A stretch of DNA of 61,591 bases from Gammaproteobacteria bacterium (GCA_026989495.1 JALSJE010000073.1:1-61591), one strand, 5' to 3'. Positions 10,652-21,190 are shown, counted from the stretch's first letter. The notes: generated by a model from the sequence alone, not told the origin. Made by a program: numbers and translations.

Positions 10652-12982
10652 ATGACGGTCAGCGTCGACGAGTTCCGCGAGCAGCTCGAGGCCTGTGCGC
10701 CCGAGCTGCGCGACACCCTCGACGGCATCGTCCACGAGGCGAGCCGCGTGATGTCGCCCCAGGGGCTGTCGGACTTCCTCTCGGGCGCACGCGGCTTCTG
10801 CGAGCTCGGCCGCGGCAAGGATCTCGTGATGACCTACCTCGAGGAGATGCCCACGGTCGTGCGCGAGTGCGGCGAAGACGTCATTCGCGACTGCGTCAGC
10901 GCCGCCATGAAGCTCTCCTCCATGACCTCGGGCGCCGTGCTGGCGCTGCTCTTCGCCAGCCTGCCCACCGCCGCGCGCCGCCTCGGCGATCCCGAGCTCC
11001 TCCGCGGCTACCTGGCGCTGGTCCACCGCCTCGCCTCCAAGGCCCCGCGCGGCGTGCGCCCCATGCTCGAGCACGTCGACGAGCTCCTCTCCAAGGTCAC
11101 GCTCACGGGGCTGCGCCAGTGGGTGGACTTCGGCGCCGAGGCCTACCGCAGCGACCTTGCCGGCCAGGCGCGCTACTTCGGCCTGGAGACCGAGGACAGC
11201 CGCGCCATGCTGCGCCAGGTCCGCCGCGGCACTCTCTTCGTCGACGTCCAGCGCAAGCTCAACTTCTACCTGCGCGCCCTGTGGGGCCGCGACTTCTTCG
11301 TGCGCCCGACCATCGCCGACTACGAGGGCTTCCGCCCCTACATCGAGACGGGCGTGCTGCACGTGCCGGACGCGGTGGACGCGGTGGGCGAGGTGGGCGG
11401 CCTGGAGCTCTACCGTGCCATGGTCGCCCACATGGCCGCGCATCTGGTCTACACCCCCCGCCCCCAGGAGGGCGCGCCGCTGAGTCCGGCCCAGCGCTGG
11501 TTCGTCGGTCTGCTCGACGACGCGCGCGTGGAGCACTGCGCCGTGAGCCGCTTCCCGGGCCTGCGCACCCTCTGGCGTGCGCTGCTGGGCCTCGAGCGTC
11601 CCGGGGAGGTGGAGCACCCGAGCCTGCCCGTGCTCGAGCGCGTGGCGCTCGCCCTGCTCGACCCCGAGGCGCGTGTCGGCGACGAGGCGCTGGACGCGCT
11701 GGTACGGCGTTTCCACGCCGAGGTGCCGGAGCACGCAGAAGAGCCCGAGTTCGCATGGCACCTGGGGCTCGAGCTCCACAATGTCTTCGCCCGGCGCAAG
11801 GAGCTGCCGAGCCTGCGCATCCTCGAGAAGCTGCGCGTGCCCTACCGCGACGACAACCGCTTCATCTGGGAACGCGACAGCGAGTGGTGGGCGCAGCAGA
11901 TCGCCTATGTGCCCGAGAGCCAGCGGCAGGTGCGCAAGTACGTCTCGGCGGTGGACATGGCCTTCGAGGTGGACGTCGAGACCGCCGGCGACGACGCCCA
12001 GGAGGTCTGGATCTGCCGCGACGAGTTCTTCGACGACGACGGCGTCAGCTTCAACGAGCGCTTCGGCAAGGAGCCGGTCTCGGAGCCCTTCCACTACCAC
12101 GAGTGGGACTACCGCGTGCAGCTCTACCGTCCCGACTGGGTCACGGTCTACGAGCGCCGCCAACCCCGGGGCGATCCCGAGGCCATCGACCGAATCCTCG
12201 TCGAGCACAAGCCGGTCAGCTTCCGCATCCGGAGAATCATCGACCGGCTGCGGCCGCAGGGGCTGATCCGCGAGCGCAAGCTCGAGGACGGCGACGAGAT
12301 AGACCTCAACGCCGCGGTGGACGCGATGGTGGAGCTGCGCATCGGACGCTCGCCCGACCCGCGCATCACCTACCGCAACGTCATCCGCCGGCGGGATCTC
12401 GCGGTGGTGGTGCTGCTGGATCTTTCCGAGTCCACCAACGACCCCATCGACGGCGAGGAGGGCAAGACCATCCTCGACCTCACGCGCGAGGCCTGCGCCC
12501 TGGTCGCCACCGCCATCGAGGGCATCGGCGACGCCTACGCCATCCACGGCTTCGCCTCCGACGGCCGCCACGATGTCCACTACTACCGCTTCAAGGACTT
12601 CGACCAGCGCTTCGACGACGAGGTCAAGTCGCGCCTGGCGGGCATGAAGGGCGGGCTCTCGACGCGCATGGGCGCGGCGCTGCGCCACGCGGCGCTCGCG
12701 CATCTCGCGCGCCGCTCCGAGCGCCACCGCCTCATCCTGCTGGTGACCGACGGCGAGCCCGCCGACATCGACGAGCGCGACCCCCAGTACCTGCGCGTCG
12801 ACACCAAGAAGGCGGTGGAGGAGCTCCATACCATGGGGGTCATCACTTACTGCCTCACGCTGGATCCCGACGCCGACCAGTACGTGCAGCGCATCTTCGG
12901 GCCCAGCCACTACACGATCATCGACCACGTCCAGCGCTTGCCGGAGCGGCTGCCGCTGCTCTTCGCGAGCCTGACGCGCTAG
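10652..12982 (+). CDS. cbbO: VWA-domain adaptor CbbO
   Basis: YHEWDY, MIDAS DLSES, STRMGAALRHA, TDGEPAD; follows cbbQ. Confidence 0.95.
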   Translation: MTVSVDEFREQLEACAPELRDTLDGIVHEASRVMSPQGLSDFLSGARGFCELGRGKDLVMTYLEEMPTVVRECGEDVIRDCVSAAMKLSSMTSGAVLALLFASLPTAARRLGDPELLRGYLALVHRLASKAPRGVRPMLEHVDELLSKVTLTGLRQWVDFGAEAYRSDLAGQARYFGLETEDSRAMLRQVRRGTLFVDVQRKLNFYLRALWGRDFFVRPTIADYEGFRPYIETGVLHVPDAVDAVGEVGGLELYRAMVAHMAAHLVYTPRPQEGAPLSPAQRWFVGLLDDARVEHCAVSRFPGLRTLWRALLGLERPGEVEHPSLPVLERVALALLDPEARVGDEALDALVRRFHAEVPEHAEEPEFAWHLGLELHNVFARRKELPSLRILEKLRVPYRDDNRFIWERDSEWWAQQIAYVPESQRQVRKYVSAVDMAFEVDVETAGDDAQEVWICRDEFFDDDGVSFNERFGKEPVSEPFHYHEWDYRVQLYRPDWVTVYERRQPRGDPEAIDRILVEHKPVSFRIRRIIDRLRPQGLIRERKLEDGDEIDLNAAVDAMVELRIGRSPDPRITYRNVIRRRDLAVVVLLDLSESTNDPIDGEEGKTILDLTREACALVATAIEGIGDAYAIHGFASDGRHDVHYYRFKDFDQRFDDEVKSRLAGMKGGLSTRMGAALRHAALAHLARRSERHRLILLVTDGEPADIDERDPQYLRVDTKKAVEELHTMGVITYCLTLDPDADQYVQRIFGPSHYTIIDHVQRLPERLPLLFASLTR

Positions 12983-12995
12983 CGGGGCGCGGCCC

Positions 12996-13358
12996 GTGGG
13001 CTCGCGGCTGGAGGGAGTCCCCGCGCTGGCCCGCCGCCGCGACCAGGTCCCCGCGGCCTGCTGGAACCTCTGGCGCCGGGCCCGCAAGCGCCTGCCGCTG
13101 CCGCTGCGCCTGCCCCTGCCGGGGCTGCACGCCATGGCGCTGGAGCTCGAGCGCGAGGCCTGGATCTGCCTCGAGCGGCGGGCGGCGGAGGTGCCCGTCA
13201 TCGCCTGGGTGGCTTTCGACGAGGCCGCCCGCGCCGGCATCCACGAGCCCGTGCCCTGCGAGGTGCTCTACTTCCACTTCGCCGCGAGCAAGCTGCGCGC
13301 GCGGGTGCTCGAGCTCATGGTGCGCGAGCTCGGTGCCGCCCTCGACCGGGTGCGCTGA
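12996..13358 (+). CDS. Uncharacterised ~120-aa protein closing the cbbLSQO operon (paralog of 3213..3578)
   Basis: 13 bp after cbbO, GTG start, homologous by eye to 3213..3578. Confidence 0.8.
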   Translation: MGSRLEGVPALARRRDQVPAACWNLWRRARKRLPLPLRLPLPGLHAMALELEREAWICLERRAAEVPVIAWVAFDEAARAGIHEPVPCEVLYFHFAASKLRARVLELMVRELGAALDRVR

Positions 13359-13404
13359 CCCCCGGCCGATCGAGGCGGGGCGCCCGGGAGGCGGGGTTGG
13401 CAGA

Positions 13405-13455
13405 GGATTCTTATATGATAAGGGCTTATCATCAGATGTATCTTATGGTAAAAGC
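13405..13455 (+). promoter_or_regulatory. AT-rich promoter with palindrome ATGATAAG-GG-CTTATCAT upstream of cbbR2
   Basis: Palindrome at 13415-13432, a likely LysR autoregulatory site. Confidence 0.5.
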
Positions 13456-13461
13456 GGCCTC

Positions 13462-14445
13462 ATGGCCCTCAGCCTGACGCTGCGCCAGCTACAGGTCTTC
13501 GAGGCGGTCGCGCGCCACCGCAGCTACACGCGCGCGGCCGAGGCCCTGTATCTGACCCAGCCGGCCGTCTCCATGCAGGTGCGCCAGCTCGAGCAGCAGG
13601 TGGGCCTCGCCCTGTTCGAGCACGTGGGCCGCCGCCTCTATCTCACCGCTGCGGGTGAGGAGGTGCTGCGCCTTGCGCGCAGCGTGCTCCAGCAGGTGGG
13701 CGAGGCGGAGGCCGCCATCGAGGCTCTGAAGGGCGTGCGCCGCGGGCGGCTGACCATCGCCGTCGCCAGCACCGCCAACTATTTCGCCCCCCACCTGCTG
13801 GGGCGCTTCGCCGCCCGCCACGCAGGCATCACCGTCAGCCTCGACGTCACCAACCGTGAGGGGCTGCTGCGCCACCTCCATGACAACGACGTGGACATGG
13901 TCATCATGGGGCGGCCGCCCGAGGGGCTGGATCTGGAGGCCGAGCCCTTTATGGAGAACCCGCTCGTGGTGATCGCTCCGCCCGACCACCCGCTGCTGGA
14001 CGAGCGGCCCGTGCCTCTCGCACGTCTGCAGGAGGAAACCTTCGTGGTGCGCGAGCCCGGCTCCGGCACCCGCATCGCCATGGAGCGGCACTTCCAGGCT
14101 CACGGTGTGCGGCTCAGCACCGGTATGGAGATGTCGAGCAACGAGGCGATCAAGCAGGCGGTGGAAGCGGGGCTGGGCCTCGGCATCGTCTCGCTGCACA
14201 CGCTGGGCATGGAGCTCGAGCTCGGGCGGCTGGTCGTGCTCGAGGCCGAGAGCTTCCCCATCGTGCGCCACTGGCACCTGGTGCACCGGCGCGGCAAGCG
14301 GCTCTCTCCGGTGGCGGCAGCCTTCGCCGAGTTCGTGCGCGCGGAGGGGGCACGTGCGCTGCCGCTCCCGCGCCTCGAGGTGGGAACCCGGCGTCGAGGC
14401 GGTGGTCGAAGGCACCGGAACCGGCGGGACGGCGCCAGAAGTTGA
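13462..14445 (+). CDS. cbbR: LysR regulator CbbR (copy 2)
   Basis: LTLRQLQVFEAVARHRSYTRAAEALYLTQPAVSMQV, REPGSGTR, SSNEAIKQAV. This is the 3' part of the 10867 ORF. Confidence 0.9.
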   Translation: MALSLTLRQLQVFEAVARHRSYTRAAEALYLTQPAVSMQVRQLEQQVGLALFEHVGRRLYLTAAGEEVLRLARSVLQQVGEAEAAIEALKGVRRGRLTIAVASTANYFAPHLLGRFAARHAGITVSLDVTNREGLLRHLHDNDVDMVIMGRPPEGLDLEAEPFMENPLVVIAPPDHPLLDERPVPLARLQEETFVVREPGSGTRIAMERHFQAHGVRLSTGMEMSSNEAIKQAVEAGLGLGIVSLHTLGMELELGRLVVLEAESFPIVRHWHLVHRRGKRLSPVAAAFAEFVRAEGARALPLPRLEVGTRRRGGGRRHRNRRDGARS

Positions 14446-14537
14446 TCCTGGTCATGCACGGCGCGCCCGAAGCTGGTATGCTGCCCGAGCTGTGGGGCCC
14501 GCCGGGGGTGGGCGTAAGGGCAGGAGGGGTGAGATCG

Positions 14538-14960
14538 ATGCGGCCCGGACACGGCCAGACGCGCAGCCGACGCAGGACCGCCCTGCTGGCGGGGGGGCTG
14601 CTCGTGCTCGCCTGGCTGGCTGTGCCTGCGGAGGCCTGCCTCGGGGCCCTCGCGCAGCTTGCGGCGGCTACCGCCGGTGACGAGGCCGGCAGGGCCTGCC
14701 AGTCCTGTGGCGGCGAAGACATCGCTGCCATGGGGGCGGGCCATGGCCAGTGCGACGCGGCCGGCTGCGTGGCCGAGGCCATGCCGCCTTGCCCGGCCGG
14801 ACTCGACACCGTGCCGGCCAGCGGCGGGCAGCCACCACTGGCGGTGGCGCGTGCGGGGCTGCGTCTGCCCGTGAGCGACCCCCATGGCGCCCCGGTCCCG
14901 CCCGAGCCGCCGCCCGACAACGAGCCTTCCTATCTCCGCTGCTGCATCCTGCTGATCTGA
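14538..14960 (+). CDS. Cys/Pro-rich exported protein, putative leader ORF of cusCBA
   Basis: AGGAGG RBS, signal-like N-terminus, CQSC plus further Cys/His, Pro-rich tail ending YLRCCILLI. Confidence 0.6.
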   Translation: MRPGHGQTRSRRRTALLAGGLLVLAWLAVPAEACLGALAQLAAATAGDEAGRACQSCGGEDIAAMGAGHGQCDAAGCVAEAMPPCPAGLDTVPASGGQPPLAVARAGLRLPVSDPHGAPVPPEPPPDNEPSYLRCCILLI

Positions 14961-15042
14961 TCGCCCCTCCCAGCTGATCCCTTGGGCCGGCGGGGCGCCG
15001 TGCGTGCGTCCCGCCCCGGGAACCGACGACGGGAGGAGCGTG

Positions 15043-16353
15043 ATGGACCCTTCTGGACGATTCTGGCGCGTGTGCGCGGCCGTGCTGCTGGCCTTCGCCA
15101 CGCTTGCCCCACCGGACCTGCGCCCGGCGCAGGCGGCCGAGGACGCCGATGCGCTGGACGTGGACGAGGCGGTCTCCATCGCCCTGGAGCGCAGCGCCGC
15201 TCTGGCCTCCGTCCGACAGCGGGCGCAGGCGCTGGCAGCCGTGCCGCCACAGGCGGGCTCGCTCCCCGACCCTATGATCAACCTGGGAGCCATGAACCTG
15301 CCGGTCGACAGCTTCGATCTCGCCCAGGAGGCGATGACGCAGCTCCAGATCGGCTTCGCCCAGGTCATCCCCTTCCCCGGCAAGCTTGCGTTGCGGCGCG
15401 AGGCGGCCGAGCGGGAGGCCGAAGCGGCGGCTGTCGACGTCGATGAGGCGCGCCTGCGGCTCGAACGGGACGTGCGGGTTGCATGGTGGCAGCTGCACTA
15501 CCTCGACCGCGCCCTCGAGGTGGTCGATCGCAACCAGGCGCTCCTGCGGCAGCTCGTCGACGTCGCCCAAGCGGCCTACCGGGTCGGCAAGGGTCTCCAG
15601 CAGGACGTGCTGCTCGCCGAACTCGAGCTCTCGCGCCTCATGGACATGGAGCTCAGGCTGCGGCGGGCGCGCCGTACGGCGGAGGCCCGCTTCAACGCTC
15701 TGCTCAACCGTCCCGCCGACACGCCGGTGCGCCTGCCGCTGCGTACGGGAGGGCGGTTCCCGCCGCCGCCTGACGAGCGTTCCCTCTACGGGAACGCCGA
15801 AGCGGCCCGGCCGCTGCTGAAGGCGCTGCGCGCACGTGTCCAGGCGGCCGCGACGCGTCTCGCCTTCGCCCGGCGTGATCTGATGCCGGACTTTCGGATC
15901 GGCGCAACCTACGGCTTCCGTCAGGGCAGCGGCCCGGGGGGGCGAGAAAGGCCGGACTTCGCCTCGGTGATGGTGGGCATCAAAGTGCCTCTCTACGCCG
16001 AGGCCAAGCAGCGCCGCGCCATCGACCAGCGCAACGCCGAGCTGATGCGCGCGCGCAGCCTGCTTGAGGACGCCTGGCAGCGAGTGCGGGCCGAAATCGG
16101 CGATGCCCTGGCCGTTTACCGCGAGGCGCTCGACCAGATCGAGCTGCTCGAGCGCGGGATCCTGCCCCAAGGGCGCCAGACTCTGGCTGCCATGCTCGCC
16201 GCCTACCAGGTGGGCAAGGTGGACTTCCTCAATGTCGTGCGCGCCCAGATCACCCTGTACAACGACGAGCTGCGGCACTGGGAGGCGTATAGCCGGGCCC
16301 ACCAGGCGCTGGCCCGCCTCGCCGCGGCCACCGGAAAGGAGATCGAGCCATGA
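15043..16353 (+). CDS. TolC-family outer-membrane factor (CusC-like)
   Basis: Signal peptide, LPDP, QVIPFPGK, duplicated OEP helices; overlaps the next gene. Confidence 0.9.
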   Translation: MDPSGRFWRVCAAVLLAFATLAPPDLRPAQAAEDADALDVDEAVSIALERSAALASVRQRAQALAAVPPQAGSLPDPMINLGAMNLPVDSFDLAQEAMTQLQIGFAQVIPFPGKLALRREAAEREAEAAAVDVDEARLRLERDVRVAWWQLHYLDRALEVVDRNQALLRQLVDVAQAAYRVGKGLQQDVLLAELELSRLMDMELRLRRARRTAEARFNALLNRPADTPVRLPLRTGGRFPPPPDERSLYGNAEAARPLLKALRARVQAAATRLAFARRDLMPDFRIGATYGFRQGSGPGGRERPDFASVMVGIKVPLYAEAKQRRAIDQRNAELMRARSLLEDAWQRVRAEIGDALAVYREALDQIELLERGILPQGRQTLAAMLAAYQVGKVDFLNVVRAQITLYNDELRHWEAYSRAHQALARLAAATGKEIEP

Positions 16354-17870
16354 ATGCGAGGGCCATCCTGATCGCGGCGGCCGCCCTCGCCGCCGGAGCT
16401 GGCGGCGGCTACTGGTACGCACTGCGTCAGCATCAGGCAGCCGCCCCCGCGGCCGGCCAGCAGGCAGAGGGCCGGAAGATCCTCTTCTACCGCCATCCCA
16501 TGAATCCGAGCATCACCTCGCCGGTGCCGGCCAAGGACGAGATGGGGATGGACTACATCCCGGTCTACGCCGACGAGGCCAAGCCGGCGAAGAAGGAGCG
16601 CAAGATTCTCTTCTACCGCCATCCCATGAATCCGAGCATCACCTCGCCGGTGCCGGCCAAGGACGAGATGGGAATGGACTACATCCCGGTCTACGCCGAC
16701 GATTCCGAAGGAGAGGACGAGCCCGCGGGCACAGTCAAAATCGATCCCGTGGTGGTCCAGAACATCGGGGTGCGCACCGAGCGCGCCCAGCAGCGTGTGC
16801 TCGCCCGACGTATCGTGACGGTCGGGCGGGTGGACTACGACGAGCGCCGCCTCGCGCGGCTGAGCCCCAAGGTCAGCGGCTGGGTGGAGCGGCTCGCCGT
16901 CAGCGAGACGGGGCAGCCGGTACGGCGCGGGCAGGTGCTGTTCGAGATCTATTCGCCGCAGGTCGTGGCCAGCGCGGAGGAATATCTGCTTGCCCTGGAC
17001 AACCGCGACATACTCGGCGCGAGCGTCTATCCCGAGATCCGCCAGGCCGCGGAAAGGCTGGTCCGGAGCGCACGTGAGCGCCTGCGCCTGCTGGATGTGC
17101 CGGAAGGCGAGATCCGCCGCATCGAGCGCACCCGCAAGGTGAGACGCACCGTGCCGCTGAAGGCGCCTTTCGCCGGAATCGTCACCCGCGTTGGCGTACG
17201 AGAGGGTCAGCATGTCACGCCAGGGACCGTCCTGTTCGAGATCGCCGACCTCTCCCGCGTGTGGGTCTACGTGGACGTCTTCGAGCAGGACCTGCCCTGG
17301 GTGCGGGTGGGCGACGAGGCCGAGCTGCGCCTGAAGGCTCTGCCTGGCAAGGTGTTCCGGGGGCGCATCGCCTACATCTATCCCTACGCGGAGCAGCGCA
17401 CGCGTACCGTGCGGCTGCGTCTGGAGTTCGACAACCCCGGGCTGGTGCTCAAGCCCGACATGTACACCACGGTCCATATCCTCGCAGGAAGGCGCGAGCG
17501 CGTGCTCGCCATCCCTGAGGAGGCCGTCGTGCGTACAGGGGTGCGCGAGCAGGTCTTCGTGGCCCGCGGCAAGGGCAAGTTCATACCGCGGCCGGTGCGT
17601 CTCGGCCTGTCGGCTGACGGCTGGGTCGAAGTGCTGGAGGGCCTGCAGCCGGGCGAGCGCGTGGTCACCTCGGCCCAGTTCCTGATCGATTCCGAGTCCA
17701 AGATCCGCGAGGCGGCGGCAAAGATGATGGAGCCGAAGCCGGCTGAGGGGGAGGGGCACGCAGGCCACGGTACGGCCGGTGCCGCCGTGCCCGCCGCGGG
17801 GCATGAGGCCGGCACGGGCGAGGACCGCGATGCAGGCGGCCACGGGGCCGCCGGGGAGGGCGGGCGATGA
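16350..17870 (+). CDS. cusB: CusB-type RND periplasmic adaptor
   Basis: Two YRHPM..DEMGMDY metal-binding repeats, GWVERL, YSP, LKPDMY, GLQPGERVV, FLIDSES. Confidence 0.92.
   Translation: MNARAILIAAAALAAGAGGGYWYALRQHQAAAPAAGQQAEGRKILFYRHPMNPSITSPVPAKDEMGMDYIPVYADEAKPAKKERKILFYRHPMNPSITSPVPAKDEMGMDYIPVYADDSEGEDEPAGTVKIDPVVVQNIGVRTERAQQRVLARRIVTVGRVDYDERRLARLSPKVSGWVERLAVSETGQPVRRGQVLFEIYSPQVVASAEEYLLALDNRDILGASVYPEIRQAAERLVRSARERLRLLDVPEGEIRRIERTRKVRRTVPLKAPFAGIVTRVGVREGQHVTPGTVLFEIADLSRVWVYVDVFEQDLPWVRVGDEAELRLKALPGKVFRGRIAYIYPYAEQRTRTVRLRLEFDNPGLVLKPDMYTTVHILAGRRERVLAIPEEAVVRTGVREQVFVARGKGKFIPRPVRLGLSADGWVEVLEGLQPGERVVTSAQFLIDSESKIREAAAKMMEPKPAEGEGHAGHGTAGAAVPAAGHEAGTGEDRDAGGHGAAGEGGR
16476..16702 (+). 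repeat. Near-perfect 101-bp intragenic duplication in cusB
   Basis: 16476-16576 vs 16602-16702, differing at two synonymous positions. Confidence 0.9.
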
Positions 17871-20800
17871 TCAAGGCTGTCATCGACGCCTCCACCCGCA
17901 ACGCCTTCATCGTCATGGTCGCGACCGGCCTGCTGGTAGTCGCCGGGCTGTGGGCCGTGCGCACGATACCACTGGACGCCATCCCGGATCTTTCCGACGT
18001 GCAGGTCATCATCTTCACGGAGTATCCGGGACAGGCGCCGCAGGTGGTGGAGGACCAGGTCACCTACCCGCTTACCACCGCCATGCTGGCCGTGCCCAAT
18101 GCCAGTGTCGTCCGCGGGTACTCGTTCTTCGGGTTCTCCTTCGTCTACATCATCTTCGAGGACGGGACCGACATGTACTGGGCGCGCTCGCGCGTGCTCG
18201 AGTACCTGAACTATGTGGCCAACAAGCTGCCGCCGGGTGTGACGCCTGCGCTCGGCCCGGATGCGACGGGCGTCGGGTGGGTCTATGAATACGCCCTCGT
18301 GGACCGCAGCGGCAGGCACGATCTCGCCGAGCTGCGCTCCATACAGGACTGGTACTTGCGCTACGCACTGCAGACGGTGCCGGGCGTGTCCGAGGTCGCC
18401 TCCGTCGGCGGCTACGTCAAGCAGTACCAGGTCGTGGTGGATCCCAACGCGCTGCTGCGCTACGGCATCCCGCTGGGCAAGGTGCGCCACGCCCTCATGC
18501 GCTCCAACAACGACGTGGGCGGGCGTCTGGTGGAAATGTCCGAGACCGAGTACATGGTGCGCGGTCTGGGCTATTTCCGGTCGATCGCCGATATCGAGAG
18601 CGTGCCGGTCGGTGTGGACCGGGACGGCACCCCGGTGCTGCTCAAGGATGTCGCCACCGTCCGCCTGGGCCCGGAGCTGCGGCGGGGGCTCGCCGAGCTC
18701 GACGGTGAAGGTGAGGTCGCCGGCGGCGTGGTAATCATGCGCTACGGCGAGAACGCGCTCGATACCATCCGTGCCGTGCGCGCCAAGCTGGAGGAGCTCA
18801 AGGCGGGTCTCCCGGAGGGTGTGGAGATCGTGCCCGTCTACGACCGGGGTGCGCTCATAGAGCGGGCGGTAGCCAACCTCAAGGACAAGCTGATCGAGGA
18901 GTTCATCGTCGTGAGCGCAGTGTGCGTGCTGTTCCTGCTGCACGCGCGATCGGCGCTGGTGGCCATACTCTCGCTTCCCGTCGGAATCCTGATCGCCTTC
19001 CTCGTCATGCGGTGGCAGGGCATCAACGCCAACATCATGTCGCTCGGCGGCATCGCCATCACCATCGGCGCCATGGTGGACGCCGCCATCGTCATGATCG
19101 AGACCGCCCACAAGTATCTCGAGCAGGCCGCCCGCGCCAAGGGCGGGCCTCTAAACTCCGCTGAGCGTGCCCGGGCGGTGACGGACGCAGCCAAGGCCGT
19201 GGGGCCCGCGCTCTTCTTCTCGCTGCTCATCATCACCGTCTCCTACATCTCCATCTTCGCTCTGCAGGGGCAGGAGGGCCGTCTGTTCAGCCCCATGGCA
19301 TTCACCAGCACCTATGCGCTGGCCGCTGCCGCGGGCCTTGCGGTGACCCTGGTGCCGCTGCTCATGGTGTGGTTCATCCGTGGCCGCATACTGCCGGAGG
19401 CGAAAAACCCCATAAACCGCTTTCTCCATTTCGTGCATCGACCCGCCCTGCGCATGGCCATGCGCTTCAAGGTGGTCACCATCGTGGCGGCCATCGCGCT
19501 GGTGGCGGCAACGGCCTGGCCGCTCTCGCGGATCGGCTCGGAGTTCATGCCGCCCCTGGACGAGGGCGACATCCTCTACATGCCCACGGTCTTCCCCGGG
19601 ATCTCCATCACCAAGGCCAAGGAGCTGCTGCAGCAGACAGACAAGATCCTGCGCACCTTCCCCGAGGTGGAATCGGTCTTCGGCAAGGTGGGGCGCGCCG
19701 AGACGGCCACGGACCCGGCGCCGCTGTCCATGATCGAGACTATCGTGCGGCTGAAGCCAAAGGATGAATGGCCCGACCCGACCAAGACTACGGCGGATCT
19801 GATGAGGGAGATGGACCAGGCGATCCGTTTCCCCGGCGTGGCCAACGCCTGGACCATGCCCATCAAGACCCGCATCGACATGCTCTCGACCGGTATCAAG
19901 ACGCCGGTGGGCATCAAGATCTCGGGCCCGGATCTGGAGACGCTGGAGCGGATCGGAAAGGACATCGAGAACATCCTGCGCAAGCTGCCCGACACGCTCT
20001 CGGTGTTCGCCGACCGCGCCGCCGGCGGCTATTTCCTCGACTTCGAGATTGACCGCTTCGAGGCTGCGCGCTACGGGCTCACCGTGGGCGACGTGCAGGA
20101 CGTCATCAAGACCGCCATCGGCGGCATGAACGTGACCTGGGTGGTCGACGGCCTCGAACGTTATCCGGTCAACCTGCGCTACCCGCCCGAGCTGCGGGAC
20201 GATCCCGATCAGCTCGCACGCGTGCTCATCCCCACGCCCACGGGGGCCCAGATACCGCTCGGCCAGGTGGCCGACATCCGGCTGCGGCGCGGGCCGCCTG
20301 TCATCAAGAGCGAGGACGCGCGCCCCAACGCCTGGGTGTACGTGGACATCAAGACGTCGGACATCGGGGGCTATGTGACGAAGGCGAAGGCCGCGCTGGC
20401 CGAGGAACTCAGGCTGCCGCCCGGCTACACCCTCTCATGGTCGGGGCAGTTCGAGTACATGGAGCGGGCCGCGGCGCGGCTGCGCATCATGATTCCGGCC
20501 ACGCTCCTCATCATCTTCGGGTTGCTCTACTTCAACTTCCGCAATCTGGTCGAGCCCGTGGTGGTGATGCTGTCGATTCCCTTCGCGGTGATCGGCGGCA
20601 TCTGGCTCGTCTGGTACCTCGGCTACAACATCTCCGTGGCGGTGGCGGTGGGCTTCATCGCGTTGGCCGGCGTGGCGGCCGAGATCGGCGTGCTGGTGCT
20701 GACCTTCATCGACCACGAGGTCGAGCGGCGTCGCCACGAGAAGGGCGCGCGCGAGGGCGCCCACGCCGAAGGCGCCGAGCACCACCATCCGCACCGCGCC

Positions 20801-21088
20801 GTGCCCGCCATGGTCCGGCTCACCGCACGCGAGATCATGGAGGCGGTGGAGGCCGGCACCGCCGAGCGCGTGCGGCCCATCGCCATGACGGCCACCGCCG
20901 TGATCTCGGGCCTGGTGCCCATCATGTGGGGCTCCGGCACGGGCTCGGACGTGATGAAACGCATCGCCGCCCCCATGATCGGGGGCATGGTGACCACCAC
21001 CATCCTGTGCCTGGTGGTGCTGCCGGTGATCTACGGGCTGGTCCTGCAGGCGAAGGAATGGCTGCGGTTCCGTGGGGCCCACGCCTGA
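17867..21088 (+). CDS. cusA: CusA/SilA heavy-metal RND permease
   Basis: LDAIPDLSDVQVI, GPDATGVGW, AMVDAAIV, EFMPPLDEG, ILYMP, PAPLSMIET, RIDMLSTG (three-Met site). Confidence 0.96.
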   Translation: MIKAVIDASTRNAFIVMVATGLLVVAGLWAVRTIPLDAIPDLSDVQVIIFTEYPGQAPQVVEDQVTYPLTTAMLAVPNASVVRGYSFFGFSFVYIIFEDGTDMYWARSRVLEYLNYVANKLPPGVTPALGPDATGVGWVYEYALVDRSGRHDLAELRSIQDWYLRYALQTVPGVSEVASVGGYVKQYQVVVDPNALLRYGIPLGKVRHALMRSNNDVGGRLVEMSETEYMVRGLGYFRSIADIESVPVGVDRDGTPVLLKDVATVRLGPELRRGLAELDGEGEVAGGVVIMRYGENALDTIRAVRAKLEELKAGLPEGVEIVPVYDRGALIERAVANLKDKLIEEFIVVSAVCVLFLLHARSALVAILSLPVGILIAFLVMRWQGINANIMSLGGIAITIGAMVDAAIVMIETAHKYLEQAARAKGGPLNSAERARAVTDAAKAVGPALFFSLLIITVSYISIFALQGQEGRLFSPMAFTSTYALAAAAGLAVTLVPLLMVWFIRGRILPEAKNPINRFLHFVHRPALRMAMRFKVVTIVAAIALVAATAWPLSRIGSEFMPPLDEGDILYMPTVFPGISITKAKELLQQTDKILRTFPEVESVFGKVGRAETATDPAPLSMIETIVRLKPKDEWPDPTKTTADLMREMDQAIRFPGVANAWTMPIKTRIDMLSTGIKTPVGIKISGPDLETLERIGKDIENILRKLPDTLSVFADRAAGGYFLDFEIDRFEAARYGLTVGDVQDVIKTAIGGMNVTWVVDGLERYPVNLRYPPELRDDPDQLARVLIPTPTGAQIPLGQVADIRLRRGPPVIKSEDARPNAWVYVDIKTSDIGGYVTKAKAALAEELRLPPGYTLSWSGQFEYMERAAARLRIMIPATLLIIFGLLYFNFRNLVEPVVVMLSIPFAVIGGIWLVWYLGYNISVAVAVGFIALAGVAAEIGVLVLTFIDHEVERRRHEKGAREGAHAEGAEHHHPHRAVPAMVRLTAREIMEAVEAGTAERVRPIAMTATAVISGLVPIMWGSGTGSDVMKRIAAPMIGGMVTTTILCLVVLPVIYGLVLQAKEWLRFRGAHA

Positions 21089-21190
21089 GGCGCACGGGCA
21101 CCTGCTCAGGCAGGGAAGCCGGCCATGGTCCGCCGCGCAGGCGCGGCAAGCACGACAACGACAGAGGCAGAGAGACGAGGAGGACGCACG

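Noticed and set aside
9808-12982. norQ/norD for the NO reductase
   Set aside because: Position after cbbLS, the CbbO length and the CbbL C-terminal HR motif indicate cbbQO.
10867-13461. 1192-aa ORF suggesting a giant LysR fusion
   Set aside because: The N-terminal part is an off-frame shadow of cbbO in high-GC DNA; the real gene starts at 13462.
14442-14455. FNR-like TTGATCCTGGTCAT before the cus leader ORF
   Set aside because: Weak right half-site overlapping a stop codon; may be chance.
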